Assembly (NCBI GenBank): GCA_965248925.1
Contig: CBDFLE010000004.1
Location: 160,001-224,000 of the forward strand
DNA from: Candidatus Multivoradales bacterium
GTDB taxonomy: Bacteria; Acidobacteriota; Thermoanaerobaculia; Multivoradales; J023
Reading direction: 5' to 3'
DNA: 64,000 nt
The translations under genes were made by a program, and so were the position numbers. Under the pieces are notes generated by a model that was given only the letters and a program-made list of their open reading frames with translations, had not been told where the DNA came from and made no database searches. Positions 1 through 8,051 of the stretch are shown in pieces (position 1 is the stretch's first letter; every line of letters begins with the position of its first letter).

Positions 1-2561
1 CCGGCCGGCGCACCGCCGGCTGGCAAGTCCAGGATGCCGGCAACCAGCTGTTGCTCGGCGAAAGCCTGAGCTGGACCCCCGGCTCGCGGCTGGCCACCGC
101 CACCCGCACCGATTTGGGTGGCCTCACCCGTCGTTACGGCTACCAGGACGGTCGCTTGATCTCGGCCATCCAGACTGGCGGCCCGGCCTCCAGCGCCCCG
201 GCCGCCACCGGCTGGGCCGACGTGCCCGCGAGCTTCACCTACAGCTACGACCGAGCCCAGAATCTGCTGGGGATGGACTTCGCACAAAGCTGCGCAGCCA
301 CCCAGGTCGCCCTGCCGCTGGATGGCAGCGGCTGGAACCGCCCGGCTTCAGTAGCCGGCGAAGCGCTCCAGTGGACCGCTCGCCAGGAGCTGGCGAGCAA
401 AGGAAACTTCAACTTCACTTACAGCTGGGACCACCGTCCGATCGAACTCAGGCGCAACGGGGTGACGATCGCCTCCTACAAATACGACTCCCAGGGACGC
501 CGAGTCGAGCGCCAAGTCGGCGCCGACACCTACACCACCGTCTGGTCTGGCTGGCAGCCGATCGAAGAGTACAAGAACGGTCTATTGCACAGCCGCCGCA
601 CCTACGGCGTCGGTCTCGACGAACTTATTCGCCTCGAAAGCGACCTCGACGGCGACGGTGTCTTGGAGCAGGAATACCTACCCTTCTACGACACGATCGG
701 CAACCTCGTCCTACTCACCAACGAAGCCGGCAAGCCCATCGAACGCTACGCCTACGGCCCCTACGGCCGGCAGTGGATCGTCGCCGACTCGACCGCGCCG
801 GTAGTCGAGCAGATCCGCATGAAAGGCGACGAGCTGTGGCTCGAACTCTCAGAAGAAGTGCGGCTCGACCGCCTGCAAGCCGCCGCAAGTGCCGGCACGC
901 TGACGCTGGTCAACGCCCTCGGCGAAGAGATCAGCTTGCAGATCGAGCAGCCCGTCGACAACGGCCGCGCCGCCCGGCGGCGCGTGGTGCTGAGCGAGGC
1001 GCCGAGCCAGAATCCCCCACGCTGGCCAGCGGCGGGCGAGACTGCCACCCTGACTATCCCAGCCGGAGCCCTGGTCGACCTCTTCGAAAACAAAGGCGCG
1101 GCCGTGGCCGAAGCTATGACCTGGCCGACCATCGCGGACGAGATCCACAGCGACACCGCCCCTCCCCAGCTGCTCCAGGCTTGCGTCACACCGCAGAGAA
1201 AAGTCGAGCTGGACTTCAGCGAGCCCCTCGACGAAGCGACCCTCGACACCATCCAGCTCAACAGCGTGGCAACCACCTGGACCGTCTCCGCCGATGGCTA
1301 CCGCCTGACCAGCGGCGCCCTCGCGGTCGGCTCCAACACCCTGCTGGTAGACGGCGAACTGAAAGACCTCGCCGGCACCTCGCTAGCCGGCATCGTGAGC
1401 GAGATCTTCATCGTCAACCCAGGTCAGGGCACGATCATCCACAGCGCCCCCTACGCCGGGCAGATCTCCGCCTCGGCCACCGGTAACCCGTTTGGCTTCA
1501 AAGGCTTGCCGCGAGACCCGGAGAGTGGGCTGATCTATGTGCGCAACCGCTACTACGATCCAGAAATGGGTCGGTGGATCACCTCCGATCCACTGGGACT
1601 CGTCGATGGGCCGGGGCAGTATGCCTTTGTCGGCGGGGATCCGGTGAATTTTGGCGACCCGATGGGACTCTTCAATGTCGGGTTGGGGCCGTGTGGTGCA
1701 GTTGTAGATGCCGAGAGGCGAGCAGAGTGCCTGGCGAAGTCTCGGTTGGGGGCTCAGCAGTTTGACCAGGCTGTCACTACCGCGTTAGCCAATCCCTATG
1801 TACAGGGCAGCCTTCAAGTCATCGGTGGTTGTACCGAAGCGGTTGTCGGAGGTGCTGCCGTGCTCTCCGGCGCGGGGGTCTTGCCGGGTGCTGTCGCTCT
1901 TGCTCATGGCACCGATCTGTGCGGGACGGGAATCTCAACGCTCATCGTGGGCGAGACTCAGGAGACCCTCTTCTATCAGGGTGCAACAGCTGGCTTGGTG
2001 GCAAGCGGAGTCGATCCGTACTATGCTGGTTGGGCCGCGGCAGGGCTGGACCTTGGAGTCGGGATCGGCGCTACTCGGGCTGTTGGGCGCTCGTTTGCGC
2101 GGGCTGCGACCACTGGGACGGCAGCTAAGTCCCGAGTGCCGCGAGTGAACCTCGCAAATCCAGTAAATCCGCTATTTGACAGCGAGGACTTAGTCTACGG
2201 TCTGTACAGGGCGACAACACGAAGCAGAAGGAGCGGCCTCGCTACGTTCAATCCGACCTTGGATCTAAGGAATAGAGCGGGCGGTAGACTTTTGACTTCT
2301 TTCGACAAGCCACCGGAATTGGACTGGGTTCGATTCAGCATACTCAAAATGGACGAAGTGTTGGCAAGCGGAAGAAAGATTCGTTTTAACCTGAGCTACC
2401 TTGAGGATGTTGATAACCTAATTCTCGGCCAAGGGAGGTATGGTGCATCAATTACGGCCAGTGAGCTGCGGTACCTGCGAGATAATTGGGGACGGTTTGA
2501 GAACAACGTTGTTTTTTACAAGCACTATCGAGTGGTGAGGTCGCCATGGCAAGTTCAGTAG
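1..2561 (+). CDS. Rhs/YD-repeat polymorphic toxin A, 5'-partial (type II core); C-terminal toxin domain of unknown family
   Basis: The frame is open from the window start and near-identical to 34385-35990. It has YD repeats and the Rhs core RYYDPEMGRWITSDPLG...DPVNFGDPMG. GC drops after ~1670. A Gly/Ala-rich hydrophobic segment precedes a unique tip. Confidence 0.93.
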   Translation, partial: GRRTAGWQVQDAGNQLLLGESLSWTPGSRLATATRTDLGGLTRRYGYQDGRLISAIQTGGPASSAPAATGWADVPASFTYSYDRAQNLLGMDFAQSCAATQVALPLDGSGWNRPASVAGEALQWTARQELASKGNFNFTYSWDHRPIELRRNGVTIASYKYDSQGRRVERQVGADTYTTVWSGWQPIEEYKNGLLHSRRTYGVGLDELIRLESDLDGDGVLEQEYLPFYDTIGNLVLLTNEAGKPIERYAYGPYGRQWIVADSTAPVVEQIRMKGDELWLELSEEVRLDRLQAAASAGTLTLVNALGEEISLQIEQPVDNGRAARRRVVLSEAPSQNPPRWPAAGETATLTIPAGALVDLFENKGAAVAEAMTWPTIADEIHSDTAPPQLLQACVTPQRKVELDFSEPLDEATLDTIQLNSVATTWTVSADGYRLTSGALAVGSNTLLVDGELKDLAGTSLAGIVSEIFIVNPGQGTIIHSAPYAGQISASATGNPFGFKGLPRDPESGLIYVRNRYYDPEMGRWITSDPLGLVDGPGQYAFVGGDPVNFGDPMGLFNVGLGPCGAVVDAERRAECLAKSRLGAQQFDQAVTTALANPYVQGSLQVIGGCTEAVVGGAAVLSGAGVLPGAVALAHGTDLCGTGISTLIVGETQETLFYQGATAGLVASGVDPYYAGWAAAGLDLGVGIGATRAVGRSFARAATTGTAAKSRVPRVNLANPVNPLFDSEDLVYGLYRATTRSRRSGLATFNPTLDLRNRAGGRLLTSFDKPPELDWVRFSILKMDEVLASGRKIRFNLSYLEDVDNLILGQGRYGASITASELRYLRDNWGRFENNVVFYKHYRVVRSPWQVQ

Positions 2562-3028
2562 TTCTTCCGTTATCAGGCACTGGTTCGATTGAGCTTGTAG
2601 AACAGTGGGTTGATGGTAAAGAGAGAAGACCGCAGCGGTCAACTTACTTTGACTCCCATAGATTTAGAGACTGTGTCCTTTGGTCGGTTTCAGTGCGTTG
2701 CATTGATAGTGAAGTGCGACTGGGGAGTGCAAGTAGAGGTTCTTGGGTTTCTGCGTTCCGGTCCTTCGCGTCGAGCATCAATGCTCTGAAATTTAAGTTT
2801 GAGAAGTTTCTGGGGGAGAACGTCTACTTGTTACTATACCTACACGATGAGTGTGGGCCTTTCGCGAATCTCTATGTCGTTGAATACGGTCGGCGGCAGA
2901 TTGAACTTGGGTGGCAGGTTGGCACAGGTAAAATCGAGAGGAGCGGCATCGAGATTGATCGCGCATTGGTTGAAACTTGGCCGAGTCTTCTTCGAGTGTC
3001 CCGTCCGCCGCGTCCACAATCAGATTAG
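2546..3028 (+). CDS. Putative immunity protein for toxin A
   Basis: Small low-GC ORF overlapping the toxin stop. Its last ~10 codons (VSRPPRPQSD*) are supplied by the TGT repeat that starts at 2997. Confidence 0.75.
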   Translation: MASSVVLPLSGTGSIELVEQWVDGKERRPQRSTYFDSHRFRDCVLWSVSVRCIDSEVRLGSASRGSWVSAFRSFASSINALKFKFEKFLGENVYLLLYLHDECGPFANLYVVEYGRRQIELGWQVGTGKIERSGIEIDRALVETWPSLLRVSRPPRPQSD

Positions 3029-3207
3029 TAGCCAAACGGCCACTTTACTGGTCGCCGGCCCTCATTGATGGACCCGCTCCTTGTCGCTCCTCCTCAGCTC
3101 ACGCCGAGTCAGGAAATCCATGGAAACTTGCGGTGTCCCGTCCGCCGCGTCCACAGCCAAAATTTGTCCCGTCCGCCACGTCCACATGTCCCGTCCGCCG
3201 CGTCCAC
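2997..3207 (+). repeat. Cluster 1 of the TGTCCCGTCCGCCGCGTCCAC element-end motif (4 copies at 2997, 3134, 3165, 3187)
   Basis: Direct repeats read from the sequence. The 5' TGTCCC is invariant and the downstream flanks are truncated to different lengths. Confidence 0.95.
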
Positions 3208-3413
3208 GAACAGAATAGTGGCTAAAAGGCCACTTTATTGACCGTTTAGCCACGCCGGTAAGTCGGCACCGTGCCGATCATCCTCAGCGCATTCTGAAAA
3301 TCTTCCCAGTCGACCGCCCTCTTCGCTCACCGGCCGGAAATCGTGCCCCATGGTCGCACGTCACCGTGGACAGCGCGTCGCAGCAGCCCATCAACTCTCC
3401 AGCCTGAGCCGCT

Positions 3414-4328
3414 CTACTTGGGCGCATGGAAGCCAGAGAGCACTCCTTGCCAGGCGGTCATGAATCGTAGGTGCCCTCGTGAGGGCTGGCGGCCGGTCCA
3501 GATCTCTGCCGGTGTGCAGCCGTCGAGGTTCTGGTGCGGGCGCAGTTCGTTATACCAAAACCGGAAGACATCCAACTGTCGCTGGGTCTTGTGGCCCGCT
3601 GGCAGCGGCTCGCGCCGCCGCCGCAGGCGCTCTTTGAAGGTGCCGAAGAAGCGCTCGATACGTCCGTTCTGCCACGGCGAGGCCAGCTGGGTGCGCTGGT
3701 GGCGAATACCCAGTATGGCCAGCGAAAGCCGGAAGATCCAAGATGTAAAGACTGGCTCGTTGTCAGTGCGCAAGCACTTTGGCTTGCCGCATAGCTCGAT
3801 CGTGTCGAGCAGCTGGCGCACCAGTTCGACCGATGCTTTGGTCTTCACTGCTTGAAGGCTCAAGCAGAGCCGAGTGCCGTGGTCGAGCAGGCCGAAGATG
3901 GTTTCTTTCTGGCCGGCGGTGTTATCAGCGTAGGTGAGATCGGCGGCCCAGATCAGCCGCTTGCCGCCGATCCCAGGTTTTCTCCTGCGGATCTTCCGGC
4001 GCCAAGCGAGAATCTCCAGCTGGTGCTCGTTGAAGATCTTTGCAACGTAGCTCTTGCCCACCGTCATTCGGCGATGGCGGTAGTTGCGATTGAAGGCTGC
4101 CGCGATCGCCCTACAGCCATCGTCGGGCTGCAACGCCTTGAGCCGGATCACCGCTTGGCGCACCCACTTGGGCTTGCGCCGGCAGAAGCCGCGACAAGTC
4201 GTCGGGTCGGGTGGACACTTGGCTCGGCGGCGGTGCTTTGCTCTGGGTCGCAGGGCGAAGGAAGTGAGCGCAAGAATCAGAAGCAACACGAACGCCCAGA
4301 GAAGGGCGCCGGCAAGGTCGGAAGTCAT
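3414..4328 (-). CDS. rve/DDE integrase-core protein (IS481/IS3-like fold) with N-terminal hydrophobic helix, copy 1
   Basis: DDE triad motifs WAADLT, LRTDNEPVF and NGRIERFFGTFK; C-terminal WYNELRPHQNL; HTH-like region upstream. Four intact paralogs in the window. Confidence 0.92.
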   Translation of the reverse strand: MTSDLAGALLWAFVLLLILALTSFALRPRAKHRRRAKCPPDPTTCRGFCRRKPKWVRQAVIRLKALQPDDGCRAIAAAFNRNYRHRRMTVGKSYVAKIFNEHQLEILAWRRKIRRRKPGIGGKRLIWAADLTYADNTAGQKETIFGLLDHGTRLCLSLQAVKTKASVELVRQLLDTIELCGKPKCLRTDNEPVFTSWIFRLSLAILGIRHQRTQLASPWQNGRIERFFGTFKERLRRRREPLPAGHKTQRQLDVFRFWYNELRPHQNLDGCTPAEIWTGRQPSRGHLRFMTAWQGVLSGFHAPK

Positions 4329-4378
4329 TCCTTGAGAATACCGATCTGGCGCAGCCTAGCACGAGGCGCCGCGTTCTC

Positions 4379-4846
4379 TTACTGATCACCTCCCGAATGC
4401 CAGAAGCCCGGCTTGTGCAACTCCAGCACGAAGTCCACCTCGGCGGCCCTCGTCTCGTAGTCACGCCGCTCCTTCGCCGCCGCGATCCTGGCGGCGATCT
4501 CGCTGGCCAGGTGCTCTCCCTTGCCGGGTCGCGTCGGCAAGGCTTCTCTGGCCACATCGCGGAGGACTTGCTCCACCAGCGCCCGGTCCTTCTTCTTCGG
4601 GTCGCTAGCGTGGTTGAGAAACCACAGGATCAGCGCCGCGGGCTCGAGGAAACGGTGGTTGACCGCGGCCAGGAAGGCCGCAGTCAGCTCTTCGATCGGC
4701 GCGCCGGCAGAAAGCTTTATCTCGGCCAGGCTGTCGATGCTGGAATGATTGAGTCGCTGGTTGGCGCCGGTGATCTGAGCGGCGATCTGGCGTACTGTCT
4801 GGTGGATCTGTTCGGTGGTCATAGGCTTTCTGGACAGAGTGGCCAT
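4379..4846 (-). CDS. Conserved 155-aa hypothetical protein of the repeat unit, copy 1
   Basis: AGGAGG RBS upstream on the minus strand. Near-identical intact copies at 26751 and 60693. Confidence 0.8.
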   Translation of the reverse strand: MATLSRKPMTTEQIHQTVRQIAAQITGANQRLNHSSIDSLAEIKLSAGAPIEELTAAFLAAVNHRFLEPAALILWFLNHASDPKKKDRALVEQVLRDVAREALPTRPGKGEHLASEIAARIAAAKERRDYETRAAEVDFVLELHKPGFWHSGGDQ

Positions 4847-4871
4847 TCTGGTGTTCCTCCTAGGTGATCTA

Positions 4872-5009
4872 TTATTGGCGGATATTGACGCCGAAGCCGA
4901 TGGCCATGGTTTCGATGGCTTGGGCCAGGGCGATGTGTTGCTCGGTGAGTTCGGCCTCCGGCGTGGCGGGCAGCTTGAGGGTCAGCAAAGTGCCGCGTAG
5001 ATGAACTTC
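4872..5009 (-). pseudogene. 3' remnant of the 101-aa PCD-fold gene (start codon and RBS deleted)
   Basis: Comparison with the intact copy 61186-61491 shows ~180 bp missing at GAACTTC|TTTGAGG. Confidence 0.8.
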
Positions 5010-5025
5010 TTTGAGGTCACGGTTC

Positions 5026-5071
5026 AAGAAAAAGCACCCTCCGGGCAGAAGGGACCGGTCCTGCCCGGAGG
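5026..5071 (-). terminator. Candidate intrinsic terminator between the two PCD-fold genes
   Basis: CCTCCGGGCAG/CTGCCCGGAGG stem followed on the minus strand by GTGCTTTTTCTT. Present in all four blocks with a variable loop. Confidence 0.5.
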
Positions 5072-5180
5072 GGAGTCGCCGTGGTTGGGGAGGGACCACC
5101 ACGGCCATCACAGGGAATCCAGACCTCCTGACCTACCCCTCCTAACCCTCTGAAAACACAGGACCGCCCCTCAGAGGTGG

Positions 5181-5858
5181 TGCGGACCCAAAACTGTCCG
5201 CTCTTTTCGGTGCCGAGGCATGATCGAGCATGGCACTGACGAGCGAGCACACCGTCCTGTTCCCAGACCACGCCGGGGTCCCCGATGGGGTTGTGGTGAT
5301 CAACGACCGCTGCCGCCTCCAGCAGAGGGGCGGCTATCGGGTGGTGGTGGTCAGCGGCATGCCGCTCGCTCACTTCGCTGCCGGCGACAGGACAGGAGAG
5401 GCCCACGCGATGGTGAGTCTCGTTGAATTGGGCTGGGCACAGCAACGCGAGGTGGCCCTTGCGTTCGCTTGTGATGTGCGGACTGTGCGCCGGAATCAGC
5501 GCCGCTTCGAAGAAGGTGGGCTGGCTGCTCTGGGCCGGCCGCGCGGTTTTCCCCGGGGTCAGTCTCGGGTAGCGCAGGGCCGCCTGGACGCGGTCAACGG
5601 CTGGAAGGCCGAGGATGTGTCGAATCGCGAGATTGGCCGGCGGCTGGGCATCGATGAGAAGGCCGTTCGCAAGCTCGCCAAGCGCCTGGGCTGGAAAGAG
5701 CGGTCGGTAGTGCAGATGACGATGCCCTTCGAGAGTGCGGACCCAAAACTGTCCGCCTCTGATGAGCAGCAGGTCGACGGCCCCCTGAAAACTGCGGATC
5801 TTGCGCTCGACGCTGAGGGTGGCGGTGACCCAGCGGCTGCGGACCCAAAACTGTCCGC
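5181..5858. repeat. Three identical 21-bp copies of TGCGGACCCAAAACTGTCCGC (5181, 5736, 5838)
   Basis: Read directly. The arms GCGGAC/GTCCGC are inverted around an 8-nt spacer. Confidence 0.9.
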
Positions 5859-7623
5859 TTCTGCGTCCGAGCAAGATCAGGTTCCCCTCTCGCTGGACCT
5901 CGATCCAGCGGATCGCGCCAGCGATCGGCTGCTGGCGAGGCTGGGATTCCTCGATGATGCGGCGCCGATCTTCGGAGCGGCGACCCAGCTACCGGGCGCC
6001 GGTGCTCTGCTGGCGATTCCCGCCCTGGTGGACAGCGGCGTGCTCTCCATCGCGCAGGAGCTGTACGGCAGCATCGGGCCGGCCTTCTATGGGCTGCGCA
6101 CCACTCTGGTAACCCTGCTGCTGATGGCACTGTTGCGGGTCAAGCGACCCGAAGGGCTCAAGGAGCGCTCACCCCGGCATTTGGGTCAGCTTCTCGGGCT
6201 CGACCGAGCGCCGGAAGTGAAAACCTTGCGCAACAAGCTCGCTCGGCTGGCCGCGCATGGCCTGGCCGCGGATCTCGGTCGCGCCCTCGCTCAGCGCCGG
6301 GTCGCCACCAGGGGCCATGCCATGGGCTTCCTCTACGTGGACGGGCATGTGCGCGCCTACCACGGTGGCCGAGAGATTCCCAAGACACACGTAGCGCGGA
6401 TGCGGATCGCGATGCCGGCCACCACCGACTACTGGGTCAACGATGCTGAGAGCGAGCCTCTCTTCGTGGTCCCCACCGAGGCCAACAAGGGGCTTGCGAC
6501 GATGCTTCCCCTCATTCTCGAAGAGGTACGAAAGCTACTCGGAGACCGGCGAGTCACCGTCGTCTTCGACCGTGGGGGTTGGAGCCCGAAGCTGTTTGCG
6601 AAGCTCATCGCCAAGAAGTTCGACATCCTCACATACCGAAAGGCCCCCTTTCGTCCGGTGCCGTTGAGCAAGTTCGGGCAGATCAAGGACACCATCCACG
6701 GGCGGAAGCTCGAGTACCTCCTCGCCGATCAGCGTATCTACCTCGAGTATGGCCCGAGGAAGAAGCGCAAGCGGCTGTACCTGCGCCAGGTCACCCGCCT
6801 CTGCGACAACGGCCACCAGACGTCCATCATCACCTCCCGCCGCGACCTCTCCACACTCGAGGTCGCCTACCGCATGTTCGATCGTTGGAGGCAAGAGAAC
6901 TTCTTCAAATACCTGCGCGAAGAATTCGCACTCGATGCCCTGGTGGACTATGGCACCGAGCCAGCGGACGCCGCCCGCGATGTGCCGAATCCCGAGCGCG
7001 GCAAGATCAATGCAGAGCTGCGCAAAGCTCACGCACATCTCGAGCAGCTCCGGGCCCACATCGGGATCGCTGCTCTTGAAAACCGCGAGGATCGGCGGCG
7101 CACGATGCGCGGATTCAAGATCGCCAACGCCGCCATCTCCGCCAGGGTCCGGGCAGCGATAGAGCAGATCACCGAACTCGAGAACCAGCGCGCGACCCTC
7201 CCCGTCCGCGTCCCCGTCCAAGAGGTCGTCGAAGCGGATGTCATCAAGCTGTCCGTCGAGCGCAAGCACCTCACCGATATTCTCAAGATGGTCGCCTACC
7301 AGGCCGAAGGTGATCTTCTCCGGCTCCTATCACCCCACTACCGCCGCACCGAGCAGGAGGGACGCACCCTGATCCAAAGCGCTTTCGCGGCCGGCGGCGA
7401 TATGGAGGTTACCGACACCGTGCTGCTCCTTTCCATCGACCCGCTCAGCTCTCCCCACAAGACGGCGGCGATCGCCGCCGTCTGCGAAGAACTCAACGCT
7501 ACCGCCACCCACTTCCCCGGCACCGAGCTACGGATGCGGTTCGCGATCAAGAAGGCGCCACCCCGGAGCCTGGCCTTCCCAGGGCCTCGGAACACCTCCG
7601 GAGGGGCTCAACCGGACATTTGA
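5230..7623 (+). CDS. 797-aa DDE transposase with N-terminal HTH domains
   Basis: Motifs FLYVDGH, VVFDRGG and RWRQENFFKY; two HTH-like segments (QQREVALAFACDVRTVRR; SNREIGRRLGIDEKAVRK). The ORF fills the IR-bounded element. Confidence 0.9.
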   Translation: MALTSEHTVLFPDHAGVPDGVVVINDRCRLQQRGGYRVVVVSGMPLAHFAAGDRTGEAHAMVSLVELGWAQQREVALAFACDVRTVRRNQRRFEEGGLAALGRPRGFPRGQSRVAQGRLDAVNGWKAEDVSNREIGRRLGIDEKAVRKLAKRLGWKERSVVQMTMPFESADPKLSASDEQQVDGPLKTADLALDAEGGGDPAAADPKLSASASEQDQVPLSLDLDPADRASDRLLARLGFLDDAAPIFGAATQLPGAGALLAIPALVDSGVLSIAQELYGSIGPAFYGLRTTLVTLLLMALLRVKRPEGLKERSPRHLGQLLGLDRAPEVKTLRNKLARLAAHGLAADLGRALAQRRVATRGHAMGFLYVDGHVRAYHGGREIPKTHVARMRIAMPATTDYWVNDAESEPLFVVPTEANKGLATMLPLILEEVRKLLGDRRVTVVFDRGGWSPKLFAKLIAKKFDILTYRKAPFRPVPLSKFGQIKDTIHGRKLEYLLADQRIYLEYGPRKKRKRLYLRQVTRLCDNGHQTSIITSRRDLSTLEVAYRMFDRWRQENFFKYLREEFALDALVDYGTEPADAARDVPNPERGKINAELRKAHAHLEQLRAHIGIAALENREDRRRTMRGFKIANAAISARVRAAIEQITELENQRATLPVRVPVQEVVEADVIKLSVERKHLTDILKMVAYQAEGDLLRLLSPHYRRTEQEGRTLIQSAFAAGGDMEVTDTVLLLSIDPLSSPHKTAAIAAVCEELNATATHFPGTELRMRFAIKKAPPRSLAFPGPRNTSGGAQPDI

Positions 7624-7913
7624 GAAAAAGGGTATGTCAGGAGTTCTGGACTCAGGGAGCGAGCGAGGTCGAAGTCCGCCGGCCGCAGACGGGCCGGCGC
7701 CGCCGGCCCGATCCGTACCGAGACCCAGCGGCCGACCATTGCGGCTCTGGGTTCTAGGTTGGTGAGTTCACCGCGATAGAACACCCACTCGACGAAGATC
7801 AGAGAATCGCGCCAAGAATCAAAGAGATATTTGCGGGTGATCTTTTGTTGCCCTTTGATTTGTCGCCAATCGGGTAGGGTGTTTAGGGCCTGTTGGATCT
7901 CTTCGTCGGTCAT
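7608..7913 (-). CDS. PCD/DCoH-fold protein 1, C-terminal tail replaced by IS sequence
   Basis: The pattern EEIQQALNTLPDW...ITRKYLFDSWRDSLIFV...DFDLARSL resembles pterin-4a-carbinolamine dehydratase but lacks the HHP histidines. The original tail is at 5017-5119. Confidence 0.7.
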   Translation of the reverse strand: MTDEEIQQALNTLPDWRQIKGQQKITRKYLFDSWRDSLIFVEWVFYRGELTNLEPRAAMVGRWVSVRIGPAAPARLRPADFDLARSLSPELLTYPFSQMSG

Positions 7914-8051
7914 CGCTTGCTCCTTGGGTCTAGGAGGATGGTAGGCGATGACAGGAGGGATTGAGCAGACGTCCTGCTTTTCAAGCGCTCACTCCGCGCG
8001 GCCCGTCCCGTGATCGTCGGACTACCTGGCGGCTGGTTGATTCTGAGGCTT

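Larger units (their letters stand above)
5120..7648 (+). mobile_element. Insertion sequence (~2.5 kb, IS4-superfamily-like DDE transposase) inserted in the 3' end of the 120-aa PCD-fold gene
   Basis: Terminal IRs CAGACCTCCTGACCTACCC / GGGTATGTCAGGAGTTCTG (2 mismatches). Flanks GAATC / GACTC are an imperfect 5-bp duplication. The empty site CACAGGGACTCAGGG is seen in the other three blocks. Confidence 0.92.

Noticed and set aside
2997-3207. CRISPR array
   Set aside because: The spacing is irregular (13-137 nt), the inter-repeat sequences are truncated copies of one flank rather than unique spacers, and no cas genes are present.
3414-4328. Four independent insertions of an ordinary IS481/IS3 element
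   Set aside because: All four occupy the same position and orientation in the unit, I saw no second IR or target duplication, and homology continues into the neighbouring genes.
5017-5874. 285-aa minus-strand ORF with SGQFWVR repeats
   Set aside because: It is antisense to the transposase, crosses the IS boundary, and its repeats are the 21-bp DNA motif.
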